DNA of 62,806 nucleotides, filler included, from Sphacelaria rigidula (lineage: Eukaryota): NCBI GenBank assembly GCA_964200075.2. It is 7 parts of 7 records of this genome, joined end to end, with 100 filler letters (N's around TTAATTAATTAA, not from the genome) between each part and the next. Parts side by side here need not be neighbours in the genome. Positions count along the whole stretch, not along the records: positions 35,951 to 44,836 come from CAXNAA020009836.1; positions 44,937 to 53,821 come from CAXNAA020009837.1; 5 more parts are not named here. One strand, written 5' to 3'. The position numbers and the translations under genes were made by a program. This document shows, in pieces, positions 35,951-48,300 of this stretch. Below the pieces are notes generated by a model that saw only the letters and a program-made list of their open reading frames with translations, did no database searches and was not told the origin of the DNA. The number at the start of each line of letters is the position of its first letter. The stretch's first letter is position 1.

Positions 35951-36588
35951 GTAAAGTACACTGTAGTACGCCTCTCCGACTGAAGCAGCAGCTGCCGCTG
36001 CATACTCCGTTGCACGTTCTGGGCAATTCTCAGCTACCGAGATCAACTACCTATATACCGCTTCTTCATCCCCGCCCACTACGAGTGCATACATGTTGAC
36101 TGCACACTGCAAGTCATCGGCAGAGGGATGCGCAGAATTCATGACGGTAGCTCCTCTTGTCTTTCCACAGTCCATCTGGATTTTGTGCCTCGTGAAAATG
36201 ACCACATGGTAGCATGTACACTTCTTCCCGAGTTTTTCCGGCCCACTCCGTGTTAGCGTAAATAACTACGTTTTAGTATAGATCTGGGACCCAAAAAACG
36301 CTCCGGAAAAACTCGGGAGGGGTATACTGAGTGCAAGTAATACCATAAAACCGAGCTGCGACCACCCTGCATTTGGAAACCTGGGAAGGCTTATCTGGGC
36401 CAGGGATAGGGCCCCACACGATCTTTGCAATGACATCACATCCGACAACAATCCCCGCGCTGGTCGTTCGGGTCTGGTCGATGAATTTCGCCTTGCTGTG
36501 AGTGGGTAGGTCGCTCGAAGACTTATTTTTCATTATTCCACCAACACAGGGTCAACCCTGTGTTAGTGGGGGTCCGGTCCCAAAAGGG
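35951..36588 (-). mobile_element. Non-autonomous piggyBac-like element, opposite end of the same family as 26964-27930
   Basis: Ends GGTCCCAAAAGGG|TTAA; subterminal hairpin AACACAGGGTCAACCCTGTGTT; internal homology to contig 4 in opposite orientation. Confidence 0.65.
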
Positions 36589-36634
36589 TTAAGTGATCAG
36601 AAAACGCGTTTCTTATGGAAGCGTTTCTGATAAC

Positions 36635-36712
36635 ATTTTGCGATAGCCCAGAGTTATCACGAAATCTCGATTTTCATCGAGATTTTGTGATAACTTTGTG
36701 CTGTCGTAAAAT
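36635..36712 (+). repeat. 78-nt hairpin (37-bp stem)
   Basis: ATTTTGCGATAGCCCAGAGTTATCACGAAATCTCGAT-TTTC-ATCGAGATTTTGTGATAACTTTGTGCTGTCGTAAAAT. Confidence 0.85.
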
Positions 36713-37106
36713 ATAATTGAAAAGGCGTTTGAAATCCCACCGCCCTCCAACACACCCTACAGCCCACAACAGCACCGATGATGGCTTGGCTGTCATCACT
36801 ACTGCTGCTGGTGGTGCTCGCGGGCAATCAGCGTGTTGCTTCATCGTCCCTCGCCCGCCAGTAGCGTGGTGGCTCTTTACCCAGGGAGAACAGCACAGGG
36901 CAGGGTCGATGACGAGTGCTGTACAATGTATGTAATCTGTACAGTATCGTAGCGCTAGTTCAGGTCTGTGCATGCGGCGTGTTGCCAACAAGTGTCATAA
37001 TGCAGTACAGACTGCCCACGCACCCAAGCCCTGAAGAGACAGGACCGTACTGACTGTACACGCATGACTACACGTAGTGCTACTACTGCAGTCTTACAGC
37101 CAATAC

Positions 37107-37305
37107 TTAGAATGCGTTGGCCGTTGCCTTACTCTTCTTCATGGCTTCAATCGCGGGCCACACGGTGCGCAAAAACAAGAGAGTCGCGACATTCTCCGCC
37201 CCCAACCTGTTGCGCTCCTTTGTGACAAGTGCTGCCAGGGAGAGTAGACGCTCTGAATGCGCCGAGGTTGCCGGGATAGCAAGCACCCGGTGACCGAGCT
37301 TGGCC
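37107..37305 (-). pseudogene. hAT transposase C-terminal dimerisation domain remnant
   Basis: LGHRVLAIPATSAHSERLLSLAALVTKERNRLGAENVATLLFLR matches the hATC consensus LAIPATSxxSERxFS...RNRL. Confidence 0.85.
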
Positions 37306-37405
37306 CCCAGCGGACAAGGACGCCTATTCGTGTCTACGTCTGCGTGTGTGCGCTGTGTGATCATGTGCTCGCCTCTGTAACAGCATCTCTACTGTCATTG
37401 TAGTA

Positions 37406-38182
37406 CAATCAAGGGGCCCCACATCGGGAAATCACGGCACCAGCTCCCCCCCCCCCCAAGAGGTCGAAAATGAGGAAATGATCCCATCAGCTATGCAAAA
37501 ACCTTCTTCTCGTTTATCAAGAAATATACCAAAATAAACGAGGAGTTTTGGTGGGTCAGTCGTTCTTATGGCCGTAGGGGAGCAAATTTGCCAGCTGGAT
37601 AGTGACTTTGGAGTCGCGATGACCTCTGGATAATGAGGATTGAGTGCGCTAGCTTCGGCGAGACCGGCGGTCACCGACTTAGTACTTCCGCTAAGCTGCT
37701 GCAGTGGTACGGCCGCCATGCTGAGGAGATCGGTGTATGACGAGTAATTCTGTGCTGCTACCGAATGATATGTAACATATTGTGCAATATACATGCTGTG
37801 CTCGTGATGTAACCTGATTCGCCATTACCAACCGGCATGAAAATTCCACGATATTCTCTACATGTAAAGTATGTGAATTTTATATGATCACGTAGTTTGC
37901 CCGCCTTTGAGCAGTCAGCGACGTTCATCCAACGTGCATCTCTGCATGTCATGATACTGCACTGCGACACAACACAAGGAGAGGTTGCAAGGGGAATGTT
38001 GTATTATTTGTTATTATGTAATTTTATGATCCCAGTACAGAAAGTACTATCGCCATCAATCTTCCATCAGTGGGTACCCCCCCATCAAAATTAGGGTATC
38101 CCCCCTTCCCCCTGCCCCAGAATAAGGTTTTGGCGGCATAGGGGGGCCTGTTGCCGTGATTTCTCGATGTGGGGCTCCTTTG
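37406..38182. mobile_element. Mariner-like non-autonomous element (TA-flanked, ~45-bp TIRs, ~780 bp)
   Basis: TA|CAATCAAGGGGCCCCACATCGGGAAATCACGGCACCAG ... CTGTTGCCGTGATTTCTCGATGTGGGGCTCCTTTG|TA. Confidence 0.6.
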
Positions 38183-38484
38183 TACAATATATATATATAT
38201 ATTGATTTGAGTATGGCACCTACGTACACATAACACTTTGGAGTATGACATATATGTCGGGTGAAATAACTGGTTTGACGGGTTTCAAAACCGATCGGTG
38301 AACCAGTTGTACCAGTTAACTGTAAGGCGGTCCTATCAGATCTTTTTCGACTCGAACAAGTTCGTGCGGCGGGATTGATTCACTTCGCTTTGCTATGTTT
38401 GGGTCCGAGCGAATTTGCACGCTTTGAATTGAAAAGGTGTAGCGAAATTCGTGAAGCGGTACTTCTTTACTTATATTTAATATA

Positions 38485-39494
38485 CAGTACAGAGCAGACA
38501 GTACAGACTGTAAAACAGTGGCGGCCTGTACTGTACTGTTGTCCAGATGATGTGTGTTTCGTGAGCATGCGCGCACGATGTGGAAAAGAAGCGGGCAACG
38601 CGACACACAGCAGATTTGACAGACAGCACAGCTTTCTGAGTGCATACAGGAGGATGCGAAGCAGATTTGAACCACGTGCAGCTTTACATCGCCTCGACTG
38701 TACTGTCCATGAATGAACGCGTTGGCAATTCGATCGCCCACCCCGACATTCAACTCCGTCGGTGGACCCCGCCACAAAATTAGATGCCCAAGTTTTTGCC
38801 AACAACAAGAAACACACGCTAAAAGTGTGGTGGTGTCGGTTTCCTATCACCGCTGCAGTATATATCCCTGTGCTGAGATCGTGATCTGTGCTGCAGGGTT
38901 GGGTACGTAGCTGCGAATGAACCATTTAGGTTTTGCGTAATTCTGTGAAAAGGTAGTATCTGGCAGGGTTGTCTGCAACATCGGTACTTACAGTACAGAC
39001 AGTTCAGACTGTTCAACAGTGGCGGCCTGTACTACTGTGTTGTGTTAATAGTGCGTGTGTTTCGCTCAGCATGCAGCCGCGACGAGGAAAAGAAGCGGGT
39101 AACGCGACATACAGCAGATTGACAGACAGCACAGCTTTCTGACTCTCTGCATACAGCAGGATGCGAAGCAGATTTGAACCATGAACCTATGTGCAGTTTT
39201 ACATCGCGTCGGCTGTCGATGAGCGCGTTGGTAATTCGATCGCCCACCCCAACACGCCACTCCGTCGGTGGACCCTGCCACGAAATTAGATGCCTAAGTT
39301 TTCGCGAACAAAAAGGAACACACCATGCCAGAACAGTGGTGGTGTCGGTTTCCTATAACTGCAGTGTATATATCCCGGCGATCAGTTCGTGATCTGTGCC
39401 GCAAGGTTGAATAGGTATTCAATAGCTGCGAATGAACATTTGGGTTTTGCGTACCTCTGTGAAAGGGTAGTATCTGGCACGGTTGTCTGCAACA
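38485..39494 (+). repeat. Diverged tandem duplication of a ~500-bp unit
   Basis: Copies ~38485-38980 and ~38990-39494 share ACAGTGGCGGCCTGTACT, GGATGCGAAGCAGATTTGAACC, CTCCGTCGGTGGACCC and the end GTAGTATCTGGCA.GGTTGTCTGCAACA. Confidence 0.9.
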
Positions 39495-41592
39495 AGGGAG
39501 TTACGTGCCGCTTCGTTCATTCCGCCGCTCGTTTCGCTCGAACAAGCTAAGCTTTCCTATTTTCGACCCTGCCCGTCGCGCGCAACTTGATATAAAATGG
39601 ACTTGAAGCCATCTAGGAACGTAAATGCCGTGGACGTATAAGATTTGGCCTCGTAACGACCAGTTCGATTCGACCGCATGTTTTCGAGTAAAAAAAAACT
39701 GATAAGACACGACCTAACTGGTCAGTTAAACTGGTAGCCCGTTAACAACACTACTTTTTTATAGTGTTTTTTATACGAAGTACACAACAGTCTTGCGCGA
39801 AAATAAAAAAAACAATCCAATACCGGAATGCCCGCATAAAAGAACCATTTGACAAGCATTCGGATGATATCAGCCGTGAAGTAGACACAGTTCACACGAG
39901 CGGCGGGACCGACACAAGGGGGTTCCGGCCCAGCGGATGGCATCGGTGGAAAGCTTAGCTCGAGGCGGGATCGTCGGTGTGGATTTCTGGCTGAAAAAGT
40001 GATGATTTCCCTCGTAGGGTGGTCTGAATAGTGGTGCTCTTCATTGGTGCATCTCGTACACAATACAACCCCGACAGGTGGCGACCACGCTCAGGGCACC
40101 AGGCCACAAGGACGCGTGTCGGCTAGTGCATGACGTATTCAATCCACGTGAAAAAGAATCAGGGTATTTGCTTCAACGAACATTTTATACGACACAATTT
40201 TGGGCATGCATGCGTTGTACAGCCAATTGCACCGCCCCCAAAACTGAAAACTTCACATAAATTACAGCATGAGAATGTGTGATGTGCTGCACCCCTTTTT
40301 TTCATGTGTGACTACTGTACAAAGCTACTGTCCGTACCGTGCTCTGCAGTGCAATCGTGTACAGTATTCTGTCGCCTGCAGTTCATACGGCGTGCATTGG
40401 GAACACAACACTAAAATAGATGCCTTGTTCATGTCGACATGATTGAAGGCATGTCGGTTGGCGGGGCGATGTGGCGAAGCCAAATCCACAATGCTGGCAA
40501 GTAAGGTTGTGCGCTTGTCCCCATCTCTCCTGTGCTGCCACAGGGGCGCAGCAGTTACGCCAGTATGGTTTCGCACGAGGATTATGCGGCGTAACTGCAG
40601 CTGGTGTATCTTTCGACGGCTGACCGGTGCCATTTTCGACTCTTGAACTTCATTCTTTATTGTGAAGTTTTCGACCGCCGCTGCAGGCACCAACGTGAAA
40701 CTTAGTGCACCAGTCGGCCACACCACAGCCAGTGTATGTACCGAAGCACAGCCCCTTCCCTTCCCCGAGCGAATTGAACAAAGCGAGATCCGATTATGGG
40801 CAATACCGTCTGTATGCCCCCGAAACGGCCATCTCGTGATCGAGATTCTGTGCACCGTGAGTGAATGAATATGCGGACGGCGCACTCACTTTTGCATCAT
40901 GACGACCTGGGAGGCTGCAGTGCTCGCAAACAAACACAGATCAGTTGTGGCGCCGCCTCTGGATGATGACAATCCGTGGAGAAGCCATTTCGGTATCGAC
41001 TGTAGAGATGCTCAGATCACGAGGCACGGTCGTGCGCGCGCTGTCGTCGCTATTTTAGTATGCGCCGAAAGTTTGCTAATATCTCATGTAAAACACAATC
41101 AACGAGTTCATGCGTCTAGAGCTGCGGTTGGGCGTTGCAGCAGCGTGCGAGGGGATGAAAAAAACTCAATTTATGTTCCGAAATAATTGTTGTTTTATTT
41201 TATTTTTGTGCAAGACTGAAAAGAAGCCTCATCAGGCCCATCTCAATCGATAATTTGTTTCAGAGGTATCAGAATTTTTCAGATTTTTCGCACCCTGCAT
41301 TCAGACTTCTTGAATGGCGAAGGGACTTGATTGTTTCTCGAGCTTCAATTTTGGAGAAATTTGTACTGCAACGGAGCACTCCGGATAGCTGTCCTGTGTG
41401 TACACCTTGGTGCTCACAAGATTTCGATTCATCAGGTGCCTCGCCACTTGCGCGAAAATCGGAGATCTCCGAACAACAGGGGCGGTATTATTGGATGTCA
41501 ACGATTACTCCGCCCGTCCTCGTCTCTTCCACCGTTCTCGAAACATGCATGCAGTCAGAGGATTCGCCACGCCGTAAGGTACAAGGACATAC

Positions 41593-43113
41593 CGCTCTTC
41601 CCATCAATTCGCCGACGGACAGAGAGACTGCGGGCGAAACTGCTGTTCCGAGAAGTGATGTGGAGCAAAAGGGTTTACGCAACCACAGCACACGAGTGTA
41701 CAGTAGTCATGTACAGACGCGTCGAGCGCTCTGACTCCGTTGACCGTACTTCCCAATAGCACTGCACTGCATGATTCTACAGGTATCAGAATCAAAAGGG
41801 GAGCAATCAGCATGGGACTGACTGGCCTTTGAATGCTGCTTGTCGCACATCAACTGATACCGGAGGGGACCCAGCCGAGGTCACAAGATAACATAGACGT
41901 ACACAAGGGAAACAAAACTACGAGACTGACCTTTGGGGCCTCGGTATCGCTTTCCGCGGCACGCCGATTCTGCTTTGTCGTCCATTCCAGTCGGCTGGAT
42001 ATCGGCTCGCGACTCGGGGATGACTACCAAGTTGTACGCCCGCTTGGCCACTTCCCCTCCTGATGTCTGCAGATTTACCCAACCGTTGCCCGTTCTGTGA
42101 ACTAGGCCTGTTTGGCCATTGTGCCTCGGCGTCGTAATACGGACATACCGCCCGACCCATGTGTCCAACGGGACAGAGGTTAAGATGAACTCGTCCTGCA
42201 GAGGGACGTGCAAAAATATAAAAACTGTGGATATCTTACTTGGTATATGTTGTTGGCGACACCACCAGCCAGCCGGCATCGCATAAATATATTCAGTGCA
42301 ACCTGCTGAGAGAGCTTTGACGCCTTCGGGAACTCGATCTATTTTGAAAATTAGTGTTGGAAAAATCACGATGGCTAACTATAATAGACAAATGCACGCG
42401 CGAAATAGCAAAAAGCTCTCGAGTACGTTATATTTTTCCCAAGATTTTTTATTCGCCGATTGTTCAACACCATAGCATTCTCACCGATGCGGTGGGTGCT
42501 CCGTTGCGAGCATTCATGCTAGATTCATAGCTCTCTCCGTCGTCCTCAGAGCCCCCGTCTTCATCGTGGAGATCGCTGCGGCTAGGGGCGCGGCTCCTGA
42601 TTCGTCCATTTGTGGCATCACGTTCACTCGGCCTAGCCCCTAGGATTAGGACAGCAAAATATACGCCGACGTACAGGCCAGCAGTACATGGTTACAGTCC
42701 GGTTGCAGTGCACTCGCCCGATCACACACGAGGTTGGCAATTGAACCGCATGCGCCGACACACCATACAGGGGGGGAAAGGGGGTCGGGGCTAGGGAAAT
42801 CGGCGCCGGCATGGGAGCTGTAAGTTATCGACCTTAAGGATAGGGAGCTGGGCTCCGTTGTCGTTCGTGAGGGAACGCAAGTCCGAACGGACAAAATCGT
42901 CACCAGCAGTATATTCCGCGTTCGCCATGAATTGAATTGAACCTCACCTTCTTGCCGTGAAGGTTGCGGAGAGAGACTCCTTTCAACCGGGGAGCTTCGC
43001 CTTGGAGCATCGGTCGTAACGCGTGCAGATATACCTGCCTGTGGCGACGACACTCTAGCTACAGGCGAGGGCGGGGCGGTAGCTCCTCCTGCGATGGATT
43101 GTGAGCTCGCCAT
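41593..43113 (-). CDS. Uncharacterised protein with KOW/SH3-like motif (5' four exons; 3' end not resolved)
   Basis: Exons 43113-42948, 42639-42485, 42195-41931, 41642-41593, all GT-AG and phase-consistent. A disordered N-terminus precedes WVGRYVRITTPRHNGQTGLVHRTGNGWVNLQTSGGEVAKRAYNL. Confidence 0.75.
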
Positions 43114-44075
43114 TGATGATCGTGGGGTGTCGTTGCACTTGGGAGCAACAACACAAGCCGGGTTACAAGACGAACAGTACAGCCGCGAGTACAGTAGTAG
43201 TAGCGGTGTCGCCCAAAAACCCTAACCCACAGGATAGCAGCGTATATTTCACTGTGCCGTGCTGTAATATATTGTTGTGCTGTGCTGTGCTGTTATATAC
43301 GGTATGGCATAAAGCTCTATTCCCGACACCGTGTGTGAAACTCGAGCTACACTCTCAAGTCTTAAACAACCCCTCGTCCTCAGTTAGTGTCAAATTTGTA
43401 ATCCGACAATATCGGATGGTACACCCATAAAATCCGTCAACACTGGATGGGTTTCAGACAATTTAGGGTATAGAGAGGTGTGCACATTGATGAACCGGAC
43501 ATTGCGATTGATTTGACTCACTTTCCGACGTTCACACCCCCAAACCGGAATCTTGCTGATCTCCTGAACATGCTTATACTCCGCGAGACAAGGGAGCAAA
43601 TCCCCGATATTTCAGTGTATAATAGTGGTTGTCAAGAGCTGCAACAAAGGTTCATGCTGAATATTGGTGAAGCAGGAGGACTTTTCTGTACCCGAAATTG
43701 GCATAACAGACAATAAGGTATCCTGTCGCCTCGTCTCTAATTACCACCCAGTATAATGTATTCTTGGAACTCACGCCATGTCGGTATAGTGCAACAAGAT
43801 TCAACTACTCTGCTGGCTTCTAGTAAGTCAGATCAAATTTTTGAGCTACATACGTGACTCGTGATTTTGATCGTACTTCGGGGGGCTCCGTGTTTTACAG
43901 GATCGCACTCGTTGACTGAGCTGTAGTGAGCCCCTTCTCCTCTTCATGTTTCGATCGCGGATCTGAATGACAAGGCAAAAGTTGAAACCCGAGGCTCGAC
44001 GTCCTAGAATCATTGCTGTGCTACGGTCACCGTTGACAATCGTCCCCAGTATCACGTATAACTACTATTTCATAG

Positions 44076-44544
44076 ATGCAACCAGGACGAGGGAATGGCA
44101 GTGAGTGGGGTGGGAGACGCGGCGGTGGTGCGAGAAATTCGAGTCGTGGCCATGGAAATAATTACCGGCAGCAGCGGGCAAGTCCTACTACACCTTCGCC
44201 CTTTTCGGAAAAGAAAGCAAGGGGCGGGCGCTCCAGAGCGAAGCGCGTGTATCAAGATTATATATCACAGGAGGTGAGGCCTAGTTTTAGCTATAGCTGC
44301 ATGTTTGCGCAGCGGAAAACTTCGACCAAGGGTGTTGTCTCTTACGCGTATTTTATGCATGACCGATTTTGTCGCTCAGGATGCACGGAAGGGATTGCAG
44401 GACGGTACCCTGTTCAGCGGCAAAATCAGGATAAACGTGCGCAGCCGGAGCACAGCCTTCGTGACTGCAGACGGAGGAGTGCTACCGTCGGACATATTCC
44501 TCGACACTGAAAAAGCACGAAATCGCGCACTGGAGGGCGATCTG
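44076..44544 (+). CDS. DIS3L2: DIS3-like exoribonuclease (RNase II/RNB family, DIS3L2-type), first two coding exons
   Basis: Exons 44076-44273 and 44380-44544 encode ..VYQDYISQE|DARKGLQDGTLFSGKIRINVRSRSTAFV..DIFLDTEKARNRALEGDL. This is the cold-shock domain 1 signature, with no PIN domain in front. Confidence 0.82.
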
Positions 44545-44836
44545 GTACGCAGCACGGTATCTCCTCAATTTCACCGCAGTATACAGTGAAATTGACGTCC
44601 GGGTAGGCTTGACGTTGCCAATATTGATAAAGTATACATTTTTCGAGTGAACATTTCGCCCGTTCAAGATACTGTCCTCGTACCAGTATAGGACACGTGG
44701 GCTGTCGAATGGTCACCGTAAGACCCACTTTTATGGCAAGCACGAATCTTGATTTTTTCAAAATCGGGGGGAAAAAAATCGGGGAACGCATTTTATGGAC
44801 ACCGATTTGGGCCACATCGGGGCCGAAAAAATCGGG

Positions 44837-44936
44837 NNNNNNNNNNNNNNNNNNNNNNNNNNNNNNNNNNNNNNNNNNNNTTAATTAATTAANNNNNNNN
44901 NNNNNNNNNNNNNNNNNNNNNNNNNNNNNNNNNNNN
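44837..44936. other. Artificial contig linker
   Basis: 44N-TTAATTAATTAA-44N. Confidence 0.99.
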
Positions 44937-45234
44937 GTGGTTGAGTGCGAGCCTGGTCCGGCAAAAACCCGGCGTGCTCCGTCCCGGTATTGTAGGGATG
45001 CGAGGTCAATGGTCTGATGATTACGGTATGCATGGTGATGAGTACAACCCCCCTTCAGGTCGAACTCGCAGGCCCGAGGGATCAGCCGTTCTCTTCCCCG
45101 GCCCTTACCTTGCCCTTTCATAGCGAGCATTGGAGCAGGAATTCCGCAGCCCGCCGACTTCATCGAATCGTCTTTTATTTTCGAACTAAAGTTGCGTTCT
45201 CGCGAGTCCATATGACGGGAATAAGAACAGAAGA

Positions 45235-45325
45235 CTGTTGTTGGGATTCCAACCCACGCGAAATCTACTCACAGTAGCAATGGTGTAGTAGCTTGGTCAA
45301 ACGGGCGCGGTGGCGACACTGTCAC
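45235..45325 (-). mobile_element. tRNA-derived SINE head (degenerate)
   Basis: Minus GTGTCGCCACCGCGCCCGTTTGACCAA...GGGTTGGAATCCC. Confidence 0.45.
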
Positions 45326-45355
45326 TAAACGATGGCTCTTCTTTGGTTACTTCAG

Positions 45356-48300
45356 GCCTTCGCGCTCCCGTCTGGATGTCCACACGTTTGTTCTATCTAC
45401 CTCGCCGAACAGATCGCGCCCAGCGATCAACCCGACACAGACAGCGATAGCAGTGACTCTCATACATCAAGGGCGGGCCAAGGTAGGTTGAATAAGAAAA
45501 TCCCTGGACCTCGTCCTGTATGCCTTGACCGTCTACATTGCTAAATCGGTGCGCTGGGGACACAGGTGCTGTCCTGAAATCTTGAGCCTAACGGGAAGAA
45601 ACCCATTTTGCTCGCTTTGTGGGCTACCACTTTTCATTGTTGTGTGTGTGTGCCTTCATACCGTACCAATTTTACCCATCCTCTCCGGGAAATTCCCGCA
45701 CGCCCCCGATTTGTCGATGCAACCTCACCACAGTTGAACCACATCTCAAGCCTGATATATCGTGAACACTCCCCACTGCTTAATGCACACACATTCTCAC
45801 CAGGTGGTCGCGGCCGCGATTTCTCGGCAACGCGCCATATATCTGGCGTAGCCCTCTCAGGTGGCGGCAGAGTGGTCGGTGTCCGCTCTAGCCAGGTGAC
45901 AAGCTCCTCCTTGCGCGAGCCCATGATTCGCATGAACTCCAGGCTGGGGGCAGCGCACCCAGCCCGCAGTAAAACGACTATGGTTGCAGGACTAAGCAAC
46001 TTGACACCCGTGGGGCAGGCGGGGGCATCAGGGTTCAGTAGCCCTGCTGCCTGTGGGAGCCCCGTATCGTCTGGCGGCGGGGGCGGTGGTGGCATGACCG
46101 CCAACACTGCGGCGAACGCGGGGGGAAACCTGCTGGGTCAGCCTACCATAGCAAAATCGCGAACGATGGATCTCAGCTATCACATGTCGCATTCACTCAC
46201 ATTGTCGCCATCGCCGTCGGCAGCGACGAATGCGGCGAATGCGGTGGCGGCGGCGGCTGAGGGTGGTGGACGGGAAAGCCTTTCACCCCGGAGCGGGGGT
46301 GGCTCCTCACCTCGCTCGTTCGCTCCTCAGAGTGGAGAAAGTTCTACGCACCAAACGTCTTGGGACTCCGCCGCGGCAAGCACAGCCCCAACGCCATTAT
46401 TGCATTCACGCAAACATCATAGCACCGCAGCTTGGGGGATAAACTCGCACGAAGGGCAAGGTGGAGGAGGGGAAAGGGATAGCAGGGATGGTCAGCGTGG
46501 AAGCCTGCCGCCGCTCAGCCTCCCAAGCAGTCGAGAGGATGCCGACAGAGAACGAGAGCGCAGCCGGCGACACGATCGAGATCGAACCAGCATCAATCAC
46601 CACGGCGGGGGTTTGGGGTCCAACAGACGCCGTAGCTCCCTCGATGGTGAGTACGACGGCGATCTTGCGGGGATGCGCGGAGATGAACGAAAATCTGTAT
46701 CCTTGTCGCCGCGAACGTACACTGCAGACGACAACAGACACGAAGAAGAGTCTAACGTCGGTAGAGTAGAAGCGGGGATCGGAGTTGTGGGATCGAGTTC
46801 GTTGCATCCCTTAGGAGACGGAGTGGACGCGGGGGGGAGTGTGCACAATTCTAGGCGTGCGAGGCCGCCGTTTCCGCGGAGATCGTTAACGTCTCCAGCG
46901 AGTGCGTTCCATGCTCGGGATGGCGGCGCGAGTAGCTGGAACACGGAAAGGGACGGAGACTGTCAAGACAGCTGTGGTGATGACGACGACGGTGATGGTG
47001 GAAGGCGCGGTAAAGAGCAACATCGGTTACCGTCACCTCAGGGTGGTATGCTGAGATCAAAGGGCAAAAGGGACCCCGGGAAAGGCGAAGAACGGACGAC
47101 AAGCAACGGTAGAGCGGACAAGGATAACACGTCGTTTTTGTCTGGTTCACCGCGGGGCGAATGGGGTGGGGGAAGGTCACCGCCGCATTCAAGGTTGGAG
47201 GGCGTCGTCGGAGGTCCGTCACCACGTCATGTGAGCTTCAACGTAGACAAAAACGGACAGTGAGGGTTTGATAGTGCAAGTGTCACAGTATTTCGAGGTC
47301 GACGCGGTGCACTGGGTAGTGACATTCAGGTTTGGAGTTGTGTATCACTGCGTGCTTTTTTTAGACGCAGTATCGCAGGAATGCAACGCAAGGATGACGT
47401 GCGTGACAATCTAATGGTCGAGATATGCTGTCTGGGATGGAGCTTACATACCATAGTTATACCAGGCATATCTTGGAATGTTTCCCGTAGCGTAGACACC
47501 TATACATCCCGGTGATTCAGGCATACAGCTAGTCCGAGAAGGTTGGAAGCAAAAATTGACCCAAAAGGATTCCGGCAGTACATAACCTCACCTAGGTTAC
47601 AGCATAGAGGTGGAGGGAAATATTATGGCTCCAAAGTTGGTAAATTGCAACGGACATGCCTCCCTTACTACCCTCAACCCTCCGAGCCACATCCAATCAC
47701 TTTCTGGCGCTCCACTTAAATATCATCAACAGTTAGGGAAGCCAGTATTACGTTCATATTAGTACTGCGACAACTGGAAAACACTATCTCTACATTTCGC
47801 CCGTCATCACGGTGCCGGACACCCCGTGCGCAAGTTACGCTTCTTGGTAATTTGACTCCAACTTGTCGACAGGCGTACGGACCGTATACTTGTACTCTAT
47901 CGCCACTAGTGCCTGTTTGGTCTTTTTTTGCGGTAACTAAAAATCAGGATTACCATCTTCCGCATAAGATCCCAGGCGTAGGGCGGAAGGAGCTCGGCGT
48001 TTCTCTCGGCTCCTCCGCCGTAGACCCCGGGGTTCCGTCGCGGACACCGGGAAATCGAGCAGCTTCTCCCACCACGTTGACTCCGTTGCACTTGACACGG
48101 GCCACAGTGGAGCGTGTCGATCGCCGCGGCAGCAGCATCAGCAGCAATGACAGCAGAAACAGCAATAGAAGCAACCACGGCGGTCGTTACCACGGCGGTA
48201 ACTTGCGGGAGAATGAAGAAGATGAAAGGTGCGGGCCTTGTACCCACTGACATATGCACACCTACGGTTCATTCACGTCGCGTTTTGCTGTTCATCAGTG

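Noticed and set aside
37432-37794. Possible further exon of the KOW-like gene (NYSSYTDLLSMAAV...)
   Set aside because: It lies inside a TA-flanked TIR element and has no recognisable motif
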